A DNA stretch of 64,000 bases from Macrostomum lignano (Eukaryota), in assembly GCA_002269645.1 (NCBI GenBank), contig NIVC01000200.1, positions 372,001 through 436,000 on the forward strand. Direction: 5' to 3'. Positions within the stretch are counted from its first letter, which is position 1; the number at the start of each line of letters is the position of its first letter. Positions 50,170 to 63,800 of this stretch are shown one piece after another. The translations under genes were made by a program, and so were the position numbers. The notes under the pieces were generated by a model that had not been told where the DNA came from, made no database searches, and worked only from the letters and a program-made list of their open reading frames with translations.

Positions 50170-50585
50170 AAAATTCTTTTTATAGAGAGCAGAGAACAAA
50201 GATAAAAAGAGAGAGGATTTAAGAAAAGAAAGAGAAAAAAGAGCAATATAAAGAAAACAGAAAAGATAAGATAGTAGATGAGCTGAGAAAAGAGAAGAAA
50301 AGAAATAAAAAAGGAAAAAAAGAAATGTGATAGAAGAAAAAAGCTAGGAAAGAGGAAAGAGGACAAAGAGAGAAAAGATAAGATGATAAATAAAAAGAAA
50401 GAGAGAAATGATATAATAGATAAGATAATAAAAGAAAGGAGAGGGAAAAGAGAAAAGAAAGAAGAACAAAATGAGAGAGAAGAAATAAGAAAGGATAATG
50501 CAAAGAATAAAGCTAAAGGAAAAAAAAGAAGATAGGAAATAAAAGGAACGAAAAAAGAAGAGAAGAAAAAAGAGAATATGAGATG
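50170..50585. repeat. Polypurine (A/G) low-complexity tract between the divergent TBC and hnRNP starts
   Basis: Read directly. Confidence 0.85.
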
Positions 50586-51908
50586 ATAATCATTGGGAGA
50601 GGTTAAATCTGTATTTAGAGTTAATTTCTGAGTGCTTCAACTTATTAACCTAAATTAAATTATAGGCTTGAAAATTTTCATTGTATTACAATAGACAAAA
50701 TGATCAAACTGGCAGATAAATGATTTTTGATAAATTATTGGATAAAAAGATGGCAAACAAAATGTAGCAGACAAAATCATCATTAACTATTTTAAATTCT
50801 TTAAATCTTAATTTATATATGAACTTACTCTTATTTGGTTTTAGTTTTTATTTGGGTATGACTTAAAATTTAAAAATTTAAATTCAAAGATTGGAATTTA
50901 GTTTGTTCAAGATCCATGCGTTTAAATAGCTTGTCTTATAATAACTGCAACTAATTTACCAACTTAAACTTTATTACTTAACAAAGTTAAAAAAAACAAA
51001 ATGTCTAATAATTTTTATGGCATCATTCATTGCTAGGCCTAGGCCTATCAGTTATAGATTTAAAAGGCCTAATATCAAATCAAATACATGGTTTTCATGG
51101 GCTCATATTCAAAAAATTAAAACTTAATAATTAATATATTCATCACTAGCTTAGATATGCTGTTATAGTGTTATTCCTATTATTTATTTATGCTAGCTAA
51201 ACTGAAGACAAGACAACGAACTATAGGCCCTATTAGCTAATAATTAAAGGCATTCAATTTATTAAATCCAAACAGCTACAAGCTAAAATTAGGTATTATT
51301 TTTTCTTTTCCGCTTAGCTTATATTTAATATAATGCTATAAAAAAGCTAATGTGGGCAAACTCTGAACCTGGTAACTGGTAGCCATGGTAGACTGGTAGA
51401 CTGGTAGGTAGAAAGAAGCAAAGCTGACTCCTGATACTGAGCAGCTGAGGGGTATAAATTGATAACCAAAATGAAACTGGCTTCCACAAACTTGGAAATA
51501 TAGAAAACAAACAGTAGTGAAACAAGCAACTTGGAACATTTGGATCAAGACCATGTTTTGATAGTAGTTAACGTGACAGTGGATCTCCGCGTGAAAAACT
51601 TGACTTTTTAAAAACGATCGAATAAACATTTTTGAGGCAAAACTGAAGCTACTAAGTACCTTATTTTGCAGAAATAGGAAAGTTTGTAAAAAATAATAAC
51701 GATTTCCAACATAAAAATATATGCTAGAGCAAATTTTTCATATGTTTGTGTTGATTTGTTTTAATGAGAAAAAATTATCGTGGCAATGATTTTTAAATTG
51801 TGTAATGGAAATTGAAATTCAAAGCAAAGCCTGGCAAAAATAAGCATTAAGCACACTTAATATAAAGACACTCTCATATAAAAACACTCTCCAAGGCCTT
51901 TAAAAAAT

Positions 51909-54900
51909 ATGAACACGAATAAAACACTAGCAAATTTTGATGCGTCTAGTCCCATTGATTTTATTTCCACTAAGTGTGATCTAGATGAAAGGATAACTAA
52001 GCAGGAACATGATCGGCTGGCTACCGACGAAGCACAAGAAAAGAAGATTGATCTAGGTATGAACATGGACAGCAAGTGAGTTTTTAATTTATTCCACTAT
52101 TTCTAAGAATTAAATCCTTAGGGTCGTATTCACATTTAATTACCGTCTACTTGGATTCCCTTTTTTCAGAAAACTATTTGTTGGCGGCCTCAGTTGGGAA
52201 ACTACTGAAAGTAAGAAAAAATTTGTAATATTGACTAGTTCGATTTGTTAGAAAGCGCTGCAACACATACCTTACTTGATTTATTTAGATTTGATGAAGG
52301 ACTACTTCTCCCAGTTTGGTACTGTCCGAACATGTACAATTAAAATTGACAAAGCCACTGGCCATTCGCGCGGCTTCGGTTTCGTCATATTCGATCGGGA
52401 GTCCGACCTCGACGTTGTCTTGGCGCACCCGGAGCACCGTCTCTGCAACAAACGAATCGATCCTAAACGAGCTAAGCCAAGCCAAGAGCCGGCTAGAAAA
52501 GTATTCGTTGGCGGGCTTGATCCGGAATTTCCTGAATCAGATATAAAAAGTTATTTTCGTCAGTTTGGAAAGGTAGTACATGCTGAAAATTTTCTTTAGT
52601 AACCATAATTAATGCACAATTGGTCAAATTATGATTTTTGAAAGTTTTAAATGTATACAGGAAGTACAATTGAAGGCACGCTTTTTTGGAGTTTAAATTT
52701 TTGTCACCTGGTGAACGCCACTTGGTGGACGCCCCTGTCTCTTGGTGGACGCCCCTGTCTCTTGGTGGGCGCCCCTGTCTCTTGGTGGGCGCCCCTGTCT
52801 CTTGGTGGGCGCCCCTGTCTCTTGGTGGGCGCCCCGGTCTCTTGGTTGGCACCCATGTCCCTTTGATACGTTGGTGCCCCTTAACCTTCCCCATTTGTTG
52901 GGTTGTACATGTAAATGCCACGTCTAAAGAGATGAAAAAATAAGTTGAGCTCCTATCGTTCGTCAAGCTCATAAGTAACCGGTTCCATTTTAAATGTAAA
53001 CGTTTTTAAACGAGCACAGTGCTTTGTGCGGCCAATAAGCTTTGTACGTCGGGTACGTCAGCGAATGTCGGAATGTTGTACGGATGGTGAGCGACCTTCT
53101 TGGCTCTTCTCTACATACGCTTAGTGGCCATAGACACCAGAGACTGCCAACAATTAGGCTTCGACCGTTCTTTATAAGCCTAATGATGATCCAACATCAA
53201 ATGCCCCCAAAATTAACTCCCGTGACGCGCAACCCGCAGATTCTGGCCATCGATCTGCCATTCGACTTCAGCCACAATCGTCGCAAAGCCTTCATCTTTG
53301 TAACCTACGCTGCTGATTCCGACGCTCGGAAAGCTGCACAGAATGAGAAACAAAACATTGGCGGGAAATGGGTGAGCATCGTCTGTAAAAATCAATTATT
53401 CAATTCGGATTAACAAAGAAAAGATAAGATCCGATTCCTGATCTAAGAATTCATATTCGATTCAGTAAATCTTTCAGTAACTCATGCTCATATGCATATA
53501 GCCAACTGTTCTAAATTAATCTGTGTCTCAATCGCAAATTCTTAATCCCAGTGAGAGAGATATCATCTATTGCCCATAGCTAAGCTATATTGAGATCTCG
53601 AGAGCGCATTGCAAGATGGCCTAATCATTTAATCCATCCGTGAGGATGCCATGCAGCCTGTACACTTCATATGCGGCTGTAGATTTGCCTCAATGAGTTG
53701 CATACTTGAGTATAATAACCGATCGCGGAACTGCATGGCCATCCAAACTAGAAAATCTTCTGGTCAGTCGCTTATGTACTCATCTCCCATTCCTTTCTTT
53801 GCAGCAATAGAAAGCACTGTAGATGCTTTTAATAAGCGACTCAATCAGGAAAACACTTCCGGATAACATTGATCCTTGACGTTGGTAGACTTTTTTCTTC
53901 ATTTTTTAAATTTTTTCTTGGATGGCATTGAAGATTAGTGAAGGCTGATTGCACTGAAGGCCAGCTACCTTCGCCAGGATTGCAGATGAATAGGGCAGCG
54001 CCAGCACCAGGGGCGCCAAGCACTAGGGGCGCCAAGCACCAGGGGAGCCAAGCACCAGGGGCGCCAAGCACCAGGGGCGCCAAGCACCAGGGGCGCCAAG
54101 CACCAGGGGCGCCAAGCACCAGGGACGCCAAGCACCAGGGGCGCCAAGCACCAGGGGCGCCAAGCACCAGGGGCGCCAAGCACCAGGGGCGCCAAGTACC
54201 AGGGGCGCCAAGCACCAGGGGCGCCAAGCACCAGGGGCGCCAAGCACCAGGGGCGCCAAGCACCAGGGGCGCCAAGCACCAGGGGCGCCAAGCACCAGGG
54301 GCGCCAAGCACCAGGGGCGCCAAGCACCAGGGGCGCCAAGCACCAGGGGCGCCAAGCACCAGGGGTGCCAGCACTAAAGTTGTTAGGAGAGATTGCTAGT
54401 CTATATAACAAAATCTGTAAATGTTCTTTTAATTATATTTAGTTCAAACAAAAAACTGACTACAAATATTTTGAAATTACAGGTTCAATCTATTATTGAT
54501 GGAACTACCTGATTAATCGACAGTACTAGAGTCAAAGACACAAAGAGACACGCACAATTGCCAAATAATATAGTAGAGGCATTGCTAAACGTAAATAAGT
54601 AGCAAAATGCTTTACAATTTCATCTTCAGTCGAGATAGCTTTTAGAAGCAAGCAAGCAAATGTCCAGATACGCTGGTATATGCAGCCCTCCCTGTTAAGC
54701 TAACAAGTTTACACATTACTGCAAACTAGATACTTGATTGTACATATAAATGTATCTAATTTTGGTTTGGGGCCATCGAATACTGCAGCTCGTACAGTGT
54801 ATATGGCTTTTAGATTCTCAACTCCTATCGCGGAACTTTCTTAGATCCTTTCTTGACTCCACTCTATCTCTCACTCAATTCCATCCTCTAAATGTAACCG

Positions 54901-57778
54901 TCTCCGCCCATTGCGTGCTAAAGCCATTAAGGTAATGAGCCAGCAGCTATGCGGAGAGCTCAAGGGTTAGTTCCGCGTATCTCCATGCAGCTCGTAGCCA
55001 AATGCATAAGGGACGGAGCTTTTAGCGCTCAACTTTGTGCAGACTCTGCCCCATCAAATAACGCAGACAAGGCTCCGAAGTGTCACCGCCAATAATTGTG
55101 ACACCGAGTACTGATAAGCTTACTTTGACTAACTTTTTTATCTGTTTGATAGGTTTCTCTATAATCTCTTATCTTTGCTAAGCGTTCACTTTAACTTTTG
55201 ACTTTCAGATTTATACTGTCCATCTTGCGTGTCTGCTTTTGTGTTTATTGGTATTTTACTAAACTGACTGATTGTGAACTAGGCAACTGAGAAGGTCTGG
55301 GAGGCTGATGGCCCAGCAACTGAGGATCTGGGAGGCTGGCCCAGCAACTGACACTCTGGGAGACTGGCCCAGCAACTAAGGATTTGGGAGGCTGACCCAG
55401 GAACTGGAGATCTGGGAGGCTGGCCCAGCAACTGACACTCTGGGAGGCTGGCCCAGCAACTGAGGATTTGGGAGGCTGGCTCAAAAACTGAGAATCTGGG
55501 AGGCTGGCTCAGCAACTGAGGATCTGGGAGGCTGGCCCAGCAACTGAGGACCTGGGAGGCTGATAGCCCAGTAACTGGGGATCTGGGAGGCTGGCCCAGC
55601 AACTGAGGATCTGGGAGACTGGCTGGCTCAGCAACTGAGGATCTGGGAGGTTGGCCCAGCAACCGAGGATCTGGGAGGCTGGCCCAGCAACTGACACTCT
55701 GGGAGACGGGTCCAGCAACTGAGGATTTGGGAGGCTGGCCCAGCAACTGAGAATCTGGGAGGCTGGCTCAGCAACTGAGGATCTGGGAGGCTGGCCTAGC
55801 AACTGAGGATCTGGGAGGCTGGCAGCCCAGCAACTGAGGATCTGGGAGGCTGGCCCAGCAACTGAGGACCTGGGAGGCTGATAGCCCAGCAACTGGGGAT
55901 CTGGGAGGCTGATGGACCAGCAACTGGGGATCTGAGAGGCTGGTCCAGCACCTGAGGATCTCTGGGAGGCTGGCCCAGCAACTGAGGATCTGGGAGGCTG
56001 ATGGCCCAGCAACTGAGAATCTGGGAGGCTGGCCCAGCAACTGAGGATCTGGGAGGCTGGCCCAGCAACTGAGGATCTGGGAGGCTGGTCCCGCAACTGA
56101 GAATCTGGGAGGCTGGCCCAGCAACTGAGGATCTGGGAGGCTGGCCCCGCAACTGAGGATCACACGAGGCACGCACAAAACTCCACCTAACTCCACATTA
56201 ATGTTCCACCCATCAATGCCACCCGCAGTGCGACGTGAGAATAGTGCAGCCTAAGCCTAGACATCCGCAGCCACAGCAACAACAGTCTATGGTCAATCCT
56301 GCCGCCTCAGCCGCCGCCGCAATCTCTTTGGTTGGCTACCGTGACTGTGCAAACTACACAGACGATGCTGCATCTGGATTCTACAATCAGCATCAACCGC
56401 AGCAATTCCGCAGCCATTTGAATTTGTACCATCAACAGCAGCAACAAATTGCAAACTTAGATTACCAATCTAGCAGCGAAATTCGATACGAAAATGAGCC
56501 GTATAGTTATTATCAATCATGGTCCGGACAGTCGTTTCAATCAGCGGATTATGTCGGATTTTATGCCGGTTGGAATAGAGGTGAGATAGGGGAAGCAGGG
56601 TGAAGCGGAGATAAAGCAGAGAGGAAGTGGAGAGGAAGCGGAGGGGAAGCGGAGGGGAAGCGGAGGGGAAGCGGAAGGGAAGCGGAGGGGAAGCGGAGGG
56701 GAAGCGGAGGGGAAGCGGAGGGGAAGCAGAGAGGAAGTGGAGAGGAAGCGGAGGGGAAGCGGAGGGGAAGCGGAGGGGAAGCGGAGGGGAAGCGGAGGGG
56801 AAGCGGAGGGGAAGCGGAGGGGAAGCGGAGGGGAAGCGGAGGGGAAGCAGAGAGGAAGTGGAGAGGAAGCGGAGGGGAAGCGGAGGGGAAGTGGAGAGGA
56901 AGCGGAGGGGAAGCGGAGGGGAAGCGGAGGGGAAGCGGAGGGGAAGCGGAGGGGAAGCGGAGGGGAAGCGGAGGGGAAGCGGAGGGGAAGCGGAGGGGAA
57001 GCGGAGTTGACAGGTTAGTTGACAGATTGGCGCAAAGTAAAAAGTACATTGCGAAATTGTGAGCCTGCATGAGTAGGCTTGAAAGTGAAATGAAAATAGC
57101 TTCAGTGTAATTTTAATTAATTACGACGTAATTTATCACAAACCAGGCCAACCTAATCCCAATGGCCCATCTTGTGTCATCCAGAATCTCGTGTTTTGCT
57201 TTCTCAAAAATGCACACTGACGAGTTCCGTGTTCGCATGATCGAATAGGTGACGCTAATAAGGCAATACTGGGCGCGATGGTTGGCATTGATTTTTGTTA
57301 CTAGCTATAGCCCTTAGGGGAGATGGAGAGGCCGTGGGGGGCTTCACAGCGGGAGATGAAGCTAGTGGGGAAGGTGAATACGTGAAGCTGAGACAAGATG
57401 AAGTCAGGGAGATTTTACCAAAAAAAGAATGATGAAAAAAATCGGATCTGTCTGCGGATCGAACTTCTTGTTAATAATTCGAGCCAGATATGAATGGGAA
57501 TTATTAATTTCTATGGGATCTTGGTTCCAGTCTGGCGTGACTTTTCGGCATAAGCTGAAAAGCATGTATTTTAATTCGCCATTGATTAGCTTTACTGTCT
57601 TCACTGTGTTTTAACTGTGTCTTTACTGTATGCTAGCTGTGTCTTTATTGTGTCTTTGCTGTGTCTTTGCTGTGTCTTTGCTGTGTTTTTACTGTGTCTT
57701 TACTGTATGCTAGCTGTGTCTTTATCGTGTCTTTGCTGTGTCTTTATGTTTGTCTATCTGTCTCCGTCTGCCTGTCTA

Positions 57779-57810
<32 letters not shown>

Positions 57811-57826
57811 GCTGTCTGTCTGTCTA

Positions 57827-57921
<95 letters not shown>

Positions 57922-57988
57922 TAGTGTCTTAGTGTCTGTCTGTCCTTCAGTCTGTCTGTCTGTTTGTCTGTCTGTCTTAGTGTCTTAG

Positions 57989-58048
<60 letters not shown>

Positions 58049-58052
58049 AGAG

Positions 58053-58127
<75 letters not shown>

Positions 58128-58362
58128 ATGTATGTCTGTCTATCTCCGTCTGTCTGTCTGTCTTAGTGTCTTAGTGTCTTAGTGTCTGTCTGTCTTAGTG
58201 TCTGTCTGTCTTAGTGTCTGTCTATCTTAGTGTCTGTCTGTCTTAGTGTCTTAGTGTCTTAGTGTCTGTCTGTCTGTCTTAGTGTCTGTCTGTCTTAGTG
58301 TCTGTCTGTCTTAGTGTCTGTCTGTCTTAGTGTCTGTCTGTCTTAGTGTCTTAGTGTCTTAG

Positions 58363-58408
<46 letters not shown>

Positions 58409-58430
58409 GTTGTCTGTCTGTCTGTCAGAG

Positions 58431-58501
<71 letters not shown>

Positions 58502-58860
58502 ATGTCTGTCTATCTCCGTCTGTCTGTCTGTCTTAGTGTCTTAGTGTCTTAGTGTCTGTCTGTCTTAGTGTCTGTCTGTCTTAGTGTCTGTCTGTCTTAG
58601 TGTCTGTCTGTCTTAGTGTCTGTCTGTCTTAGTGTCTGTCTGTCTTAGTGTCTGTCTGTCTTAGTGTCTGTCTGTCTTAGTGTCTGTCTGTCTTAGTGTC
58701 TGTCTGTCTTAGTGTCTGTCTGTCTTAGTGTCTGTCTGTCTTAGTGTCTTAGTGTCTTAGTGTCTGTCTGTCTGTCTTAGTGTCTGTCTGTCTTAGTGTC
58801 TGTCTGTCTTAGTGTCTGTCTGTCTTAGTGTCTGTCTGTCTTAGTGTCTTAGTGTCTTAG

Positions 58861-58906
<46 letters not shown>

Positions 58907-58928
58907 GTTGTCTGTCTGTCTGTCAGAG

Positions 58929-58995
<67 letters not shown>

Positions 58996-59238
58996 ATGTC
59001 TGTCTATCTCCGTCTGTCTGTCTGTCTTAGTGTCTTAGTGTCTTAGTGTCTGTCTGTCTTAGTGTCTGTCTGTCTTAGTGTCTGTCTGTCTTAGTGTCTG
59101 TCTGTCTTAGTGTCTGTCTGTCTTAGTGTCTGTCTGTCTTAGTGTCTGTCTGTCTTAGTGTCTGTCTGTCTTAGTGTCTGTCTGTCTTAGTGTCTGTCTG
59201 TCTTAGTGTCTGTCTGTCTTAGTGTCTGTCTGTCTTAG

Positions 59239-59279
<41 letters not shown>

Positions 59280-59700
59280 GCGTGTCGTTCTGTCTCATGT
59301 GTAGTTATTTTATAGACTCTATTGTTTTTGGAGCAAGGCTTTTCGTCATTTCTGATACCCATCAAACAACTAAAAGTTGTATATGTATAGCCATACTTGA
59401 AGGAAATTTTTATTAAACTAAATTTTCACTGATTTTATTCCGGACTATTTCACAGAACCAGCAGCAACGAGAGCTGCATCAGCAGTCAGTGACTTAACAG
59501 CCCCTCTATTCAGCTCGGGGATGGACCGATCTCAGCTGAGATCACCAATCCCGCCACCGCCGCCGCCGCCGCCGCCGCCGTCGCCGCCTCCACTGCCGCA
59601 GCAGCAGCAGCAGAAGCAGAAGCAGCAGGGGTCAGCTCAGAGCCATCGCAAACGGGGCAGCGGATTTCGTCAGCGTCGAACTCAACAGCAGCATTACTAG
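51909..59700 (+). CDS. Two-RRM hnRNP A/B / D (squid-like) RNA-binding protein, about 406 aa, 6 exons
   Basis: Exons 51909-52075, 52170-52210, 52289-52572, 53240-53371, 56229-56580, 59456-59700, phase-consistent. RNP2 [15 protein letters not shown]1 RGFGFVIF, second [27 protein letters not shown]-rich tail ending [10 protein letters not shown]. The start codon could instead be 52059. Confidence 0.87.
52700..52855. repeat. 20-bp minisatellite (GCCCCTGTCTCTTGGTGGGC)n, hnRNP intron 3
   Basis: About 7 units. Confidence 0.9.
53995..54373. repeat. 16-bp minisatellite (CCAAGCACCAGGGGCG)n, hnRNP intron 4
   Basis: About 23 units; the reverse complement is a one-T-shifted sibling of the array at 1-232. 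Confidence 0.95.
55285..56160. repeat. 28-bp CCCAGATCCTCAG-family minisatellite (reverse orientation), hnRNP intron 4
   Basis: About 30 units, with 31-bp variants. Confidence 0.95.
56605..57005. repeat. 11-bp G-rich minisatellite (GGGGAAGCGGA)n, hnRNP intron 5
   Basis: About 35 units starting about 25 nt after the donor. Confidence 0.95.
57590..59285. repeat. Compound (TGTC)n / TTAGTGTC microsatellite with higher-order blocks, hnRNP intron 5
   Basis: Read directly. Confidence 0.95.
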
Positions 59701-59759
59701 ACGCACTTAAGCCTCTTTAACTAATTGTGTGCAAATCACTTGTCGGTAAAGAAGATATA

Positions 59760-60118
59760 AAAAAGATGATAGGAGAGGTGATGGAGATAGAGAGGTGAGA
59801 AAATATGAAAGGGAGTGAAGACAGAGAAGATAAAAGTGGGGCGAGGGGAGAGGGGAAGAGGAGAGAGGGGAGAGAAGAATTGGGAGAGATGGGCGATATG
59901 AGAGATGATGAGAGATGAGGGACAGGCCAGGCGAGAGAAGGGAGAGGGGGGGAGGGGAGAGGGGGAGGGGAGAGAGGAGAGGGGAGCGAGGGGAGGGGAG
60001 AGAGGAGAGAGGAGAGGGGAGAGGAAATGAGAGAGGGGAGAGGGGGAGAGGAGAGAGAAGGGAGACAGGGGAGGGGAGACGACAGAGGGGAGAGAAAAGA
60101 AAGGAGAAGAGAAATAAA
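59760..60118. repeat. Polypurine (GA-rich) tract downstream of the hnRNP stop
   Basis: Read directly. Confidence 0.85.
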
Positions 60119-60849
60119 AACAACAGGCTGGATTGCTATTGTAAACTTTATAAGGACCCGATGGCCTTCGAGAGGGGCTTCGCGGGCCGCGTGTACATGT
60201 ACATGGTTTAAAATCATGTGATCGATTTGATTTCCAGTTTAAGTGCAGGTTTCATTTATTTGACTGTTTAGACAAGAGTTTCATGACAGAGTTACTGAAC
60301 TAAAAATTTGTGTGTTTTTAATGAGATTTCCGGCTTTAACGAAACGACAAAATTCGTTTAATTACAAGTATTTTCCGGTTTTATTTTGTTTTAAAAATCG
60401 AGTCAGTTTGATTTAACAAATACACTTTTACGTGCATAGTATAGTACGATATTAGAGATTTAGTATATTGTGATGGATTGTGTTTGAAAATAGTTTTCTC
60501 AGTTAGTACCGCAATGTGCATGTACTGTGGTACACATTATTTACAATTTGTGTGTAAAAAGTACTTAAATTCCATTTTAAATATTGTTGTAATTGCAAGC
60601 ATACTGCTTCTCGTAGATTTTTTTGTATCAGTATTTTCAAATTGTCGCTAAATTGTTGTCAACTTTTGTTACTAATAGTAGTTGTAACGATATTTATCGT
60701 ATAATAATACCTTCGACTAGCTTTATGGCTATCAAATACACTGATATTGAGGTAAAATATTTGTTTAGAATAAAACCACATTTATGAATTCTAGAAGATC
60801 ATTTAGATATTTTATTAGTGGGTCAAGAATCAGGTGATTATTGGGTTGA

Positions 60850-63800
60850 GAAGCATGTGAATACCGGTTTGAGAAGCATGGGATTAGCAAGTTGAGAAGC
60901 ATTGGATTAGCAAGTTGAGAAGCATGAGATTATTGTGTTGAGAAGCATGGGATTAGCAAGTTGAGAAGCATGGGATTAGCAAGTTGAGAAGCATTGGATT
61001 AGCAAGTTGAGAAGCATTGGATTAGCAAGTTGAGAAGCATGAGATTAGCAAGTTGAGAAGCATGAGATTATTGTGTTGAGAAGCATGGGAGCATGGGATT
61101 AGCAAGTTGAGAAGCATTGGATTAGCAAGTTGAGAAGCATGGGATTAGCAAGTTGAGAAGCATGGGATTAGCAAGTTGAGAAGCATGAGATTATTGTGTT
61201 GAGAAGCATGGGAGCATGGGATTAGCAAGTTGAGAAGCATGGGATTAGCAAGTTGAGAAGCATGGGATTAGCAAGTTGAGAAGCATGGGATTAACAAGTT
61301 GAGAAGCATGAGATTATTGTGTTAAGAAGCATGGGATTAGCAAGTTGAGAAGCATGGGATTAGCAAGTTGAGAAGCATGAGATTATTGTGTTGAGAAGCA
61401 TGGGATTAGCAAGTTGAGAAGCATGGGATTAGCAAGTTGAGAAGCATGGGATTAGCAAGTTGAGAAGCATGAGATTATTGTGTTGAGAAGCATGGGATTA
61501 GCAAGTTGAGAAGCATGGGATTAGCAAGTTGAGAAGCATGGGATTAGCAAGTTGGGAAGCATGGGATTAGCAAGTAGAGAAGCATGGGATTAGCAAGTTG
61601 AGAAGCATGGGATTAGCAAGTTGAGAAGCATGGGATTAGCAAGTTGAGAAGCATGAGATTATTGTGTTGAGAAGCATGGGATTAGCAAGTTGAGAAGCAT
61701 GGGATTAGCAAGTTGAGAAGCATGGGATTAGCAAGTTGAGAAGCATGGGATTAGCAAGTTGAGAAGCATGGGATTATTGTGTTGAGAAGCATGGGATTAG
61801 CAAGTTGAGAAGCATGGGATTAGCAAGTTGAGAAGCATGAGATTATTGTGTTGAGAAGCATGGGATTAGCAAATTGAGAAGCATGGGATTAGCAAGTTGA
61901 GAAGCATGGGATTATTGTGTTGAGAAGCATGGGATTAGCAAGTTGAGAAGCATGGGATTAGCAAGTTGAGAAGCATGGGATTAACAAGTTGAGAAGCATG
62001 AGATTATTGTGTTAAGAAGCATGGGATTAGCAAGTTGAGAAGCATGGGATTAGCAAGTTGAGAAGCATGGGATTAGCAAGTTGAGAAGCATGGGATTATT
62101 GTGTTGAGAAGCATGGGATTAGCAAGTTGAGAAGCATGGGATTAGCAAGTTGAGAAGCATGAGATTATTGTGTTGAGAAGCATGGGATTAGCAAGTTGAG
62201 AAGCATGGGATTAGCAAGTTGAGAAGCATGGGATTAGCAAGTTGGGAAGCATGGGATTAGCAAGTTGAGAAGCATGGGATTAGCAAGTTGAGAAGCATGG
62301 GATTAGCAAGTTGAGAAGCATGGGATTAGCAAGTTGAGAAGCATGAGATTATTGTGTTGAGAAGCATGGGATTAGCAAGTTGAGAAGCATGGGATTAGCA
62401 AGTTGAGAAGCATGGGATTAGCAAGTTGAGAAGCATGGGATTAGCAAGTTGAGAAGCATGGGATTATTGTGTTGAGAAGCATGGGATTAGCAAGTTGAGA
62501 AGCATGGGATTAGCAAGTTGAGAAGCATGAGATTATTGTGTTGAGAAGCATGGGATTAGCAAATTGAGAAGCATGGGATTAGCAAGTTGAGAAGCATGGG
62601 ATTATTGTGTTGAGAAGCATGGGATTAGCAAGTTGAGAAGCATGGGATTAGCAAGTTGAGAAGCATGGGATTAGCAAGTTGAGAAGCATGGGATTAGCAA
62701 GTTGAGAAGCATGGGATTAGCAAGTAGAGAAGCATGGGATTAGCAAGTTAAGAAGCATGGGATTAGCAAGTTGAGAAGCATGGGATTAGCAAGTTGAGAA
62801 GCATGGGATTAGCAAGTTGAGAAGCATGGGATTAGCAAGTTGAGAAGCATGGGATTAGCAAGTTGGGAAGCATGGGATTAGCAAGTTGAGAAGCATGGGA
62901 TTAGCAAGTTGAGAAGCATTGGATTAGCAAGTTGAGAAGCATGGGATTAGCAAGTTGGGAAGCATGGGATTAGCAAGTTGAGAAGCATGGGATTAGCAAG
63001 TTAAGAAGCATGGGATAAGCAAGTTGAGAAGCATGGGATTAGCAAGTTGAGAAGCATGGGATTAGCAAGTAGAGAAGCATGGGATTAGCAAGTTGGGAAG
63101 CATGGGATTAGCAAGTTGAGAAGCATGGGATTAGCAAGTTGAGAAGCATGGGATTAGCAAGTTGAGAAGCATGGGATTAGCAAGTTGAGAAGCATGGGAT
63201 TAGCAAGTTGAGAAGCATGGGATTAGCAAGTTGAGAAGCATGGGATTAGCAAGTTGAGAAGCATGGGATTAGCAAGTTGAGAAGCATGAGATTATTGTGT
63301 TAAGAAGCATGGGATTAGCAAGTTGAGAAGCATGGGATTATTGTGTTGAGAAGCATGGGATTATTGTGTTGAGAAGCATGGGATTAGCAAGTTGAGAAGC
63401 ATGGGATTATTGTGTTGAGAAGCATGGGATTAGCAAGTTGAGAAGCATGGGATTAGCAAGTTGAGAAGCATGAGATTATTGTGTTGAGAAGCATGGGATT
63501 AGCAAGTTGAGAAGCATGGGATTAGCAAGTTGAGAAGCATAGGATTAGCAAGTTGGGAAGCATGGGATTAGCAAGTAGAGAAGCATGGGATTAGCAAGTT
63601 GAGAAGCATGGGATTAGCAAGTTAAGAAGCATGGGATTAGCAAGTTGAGAAGCATGGGATTAGCAAGTTGAGAAGCATGGGATTATTGTGTTGAGAAGCA
63701 TGGGATTAGCAAGTTGAGAAGCATGGGATTAGCAAGTTGAGAAGCATGGGATTAGCAAGTTGAGAAGCATGAGATTATTGTGTTGAGAAGCATGGGATTA

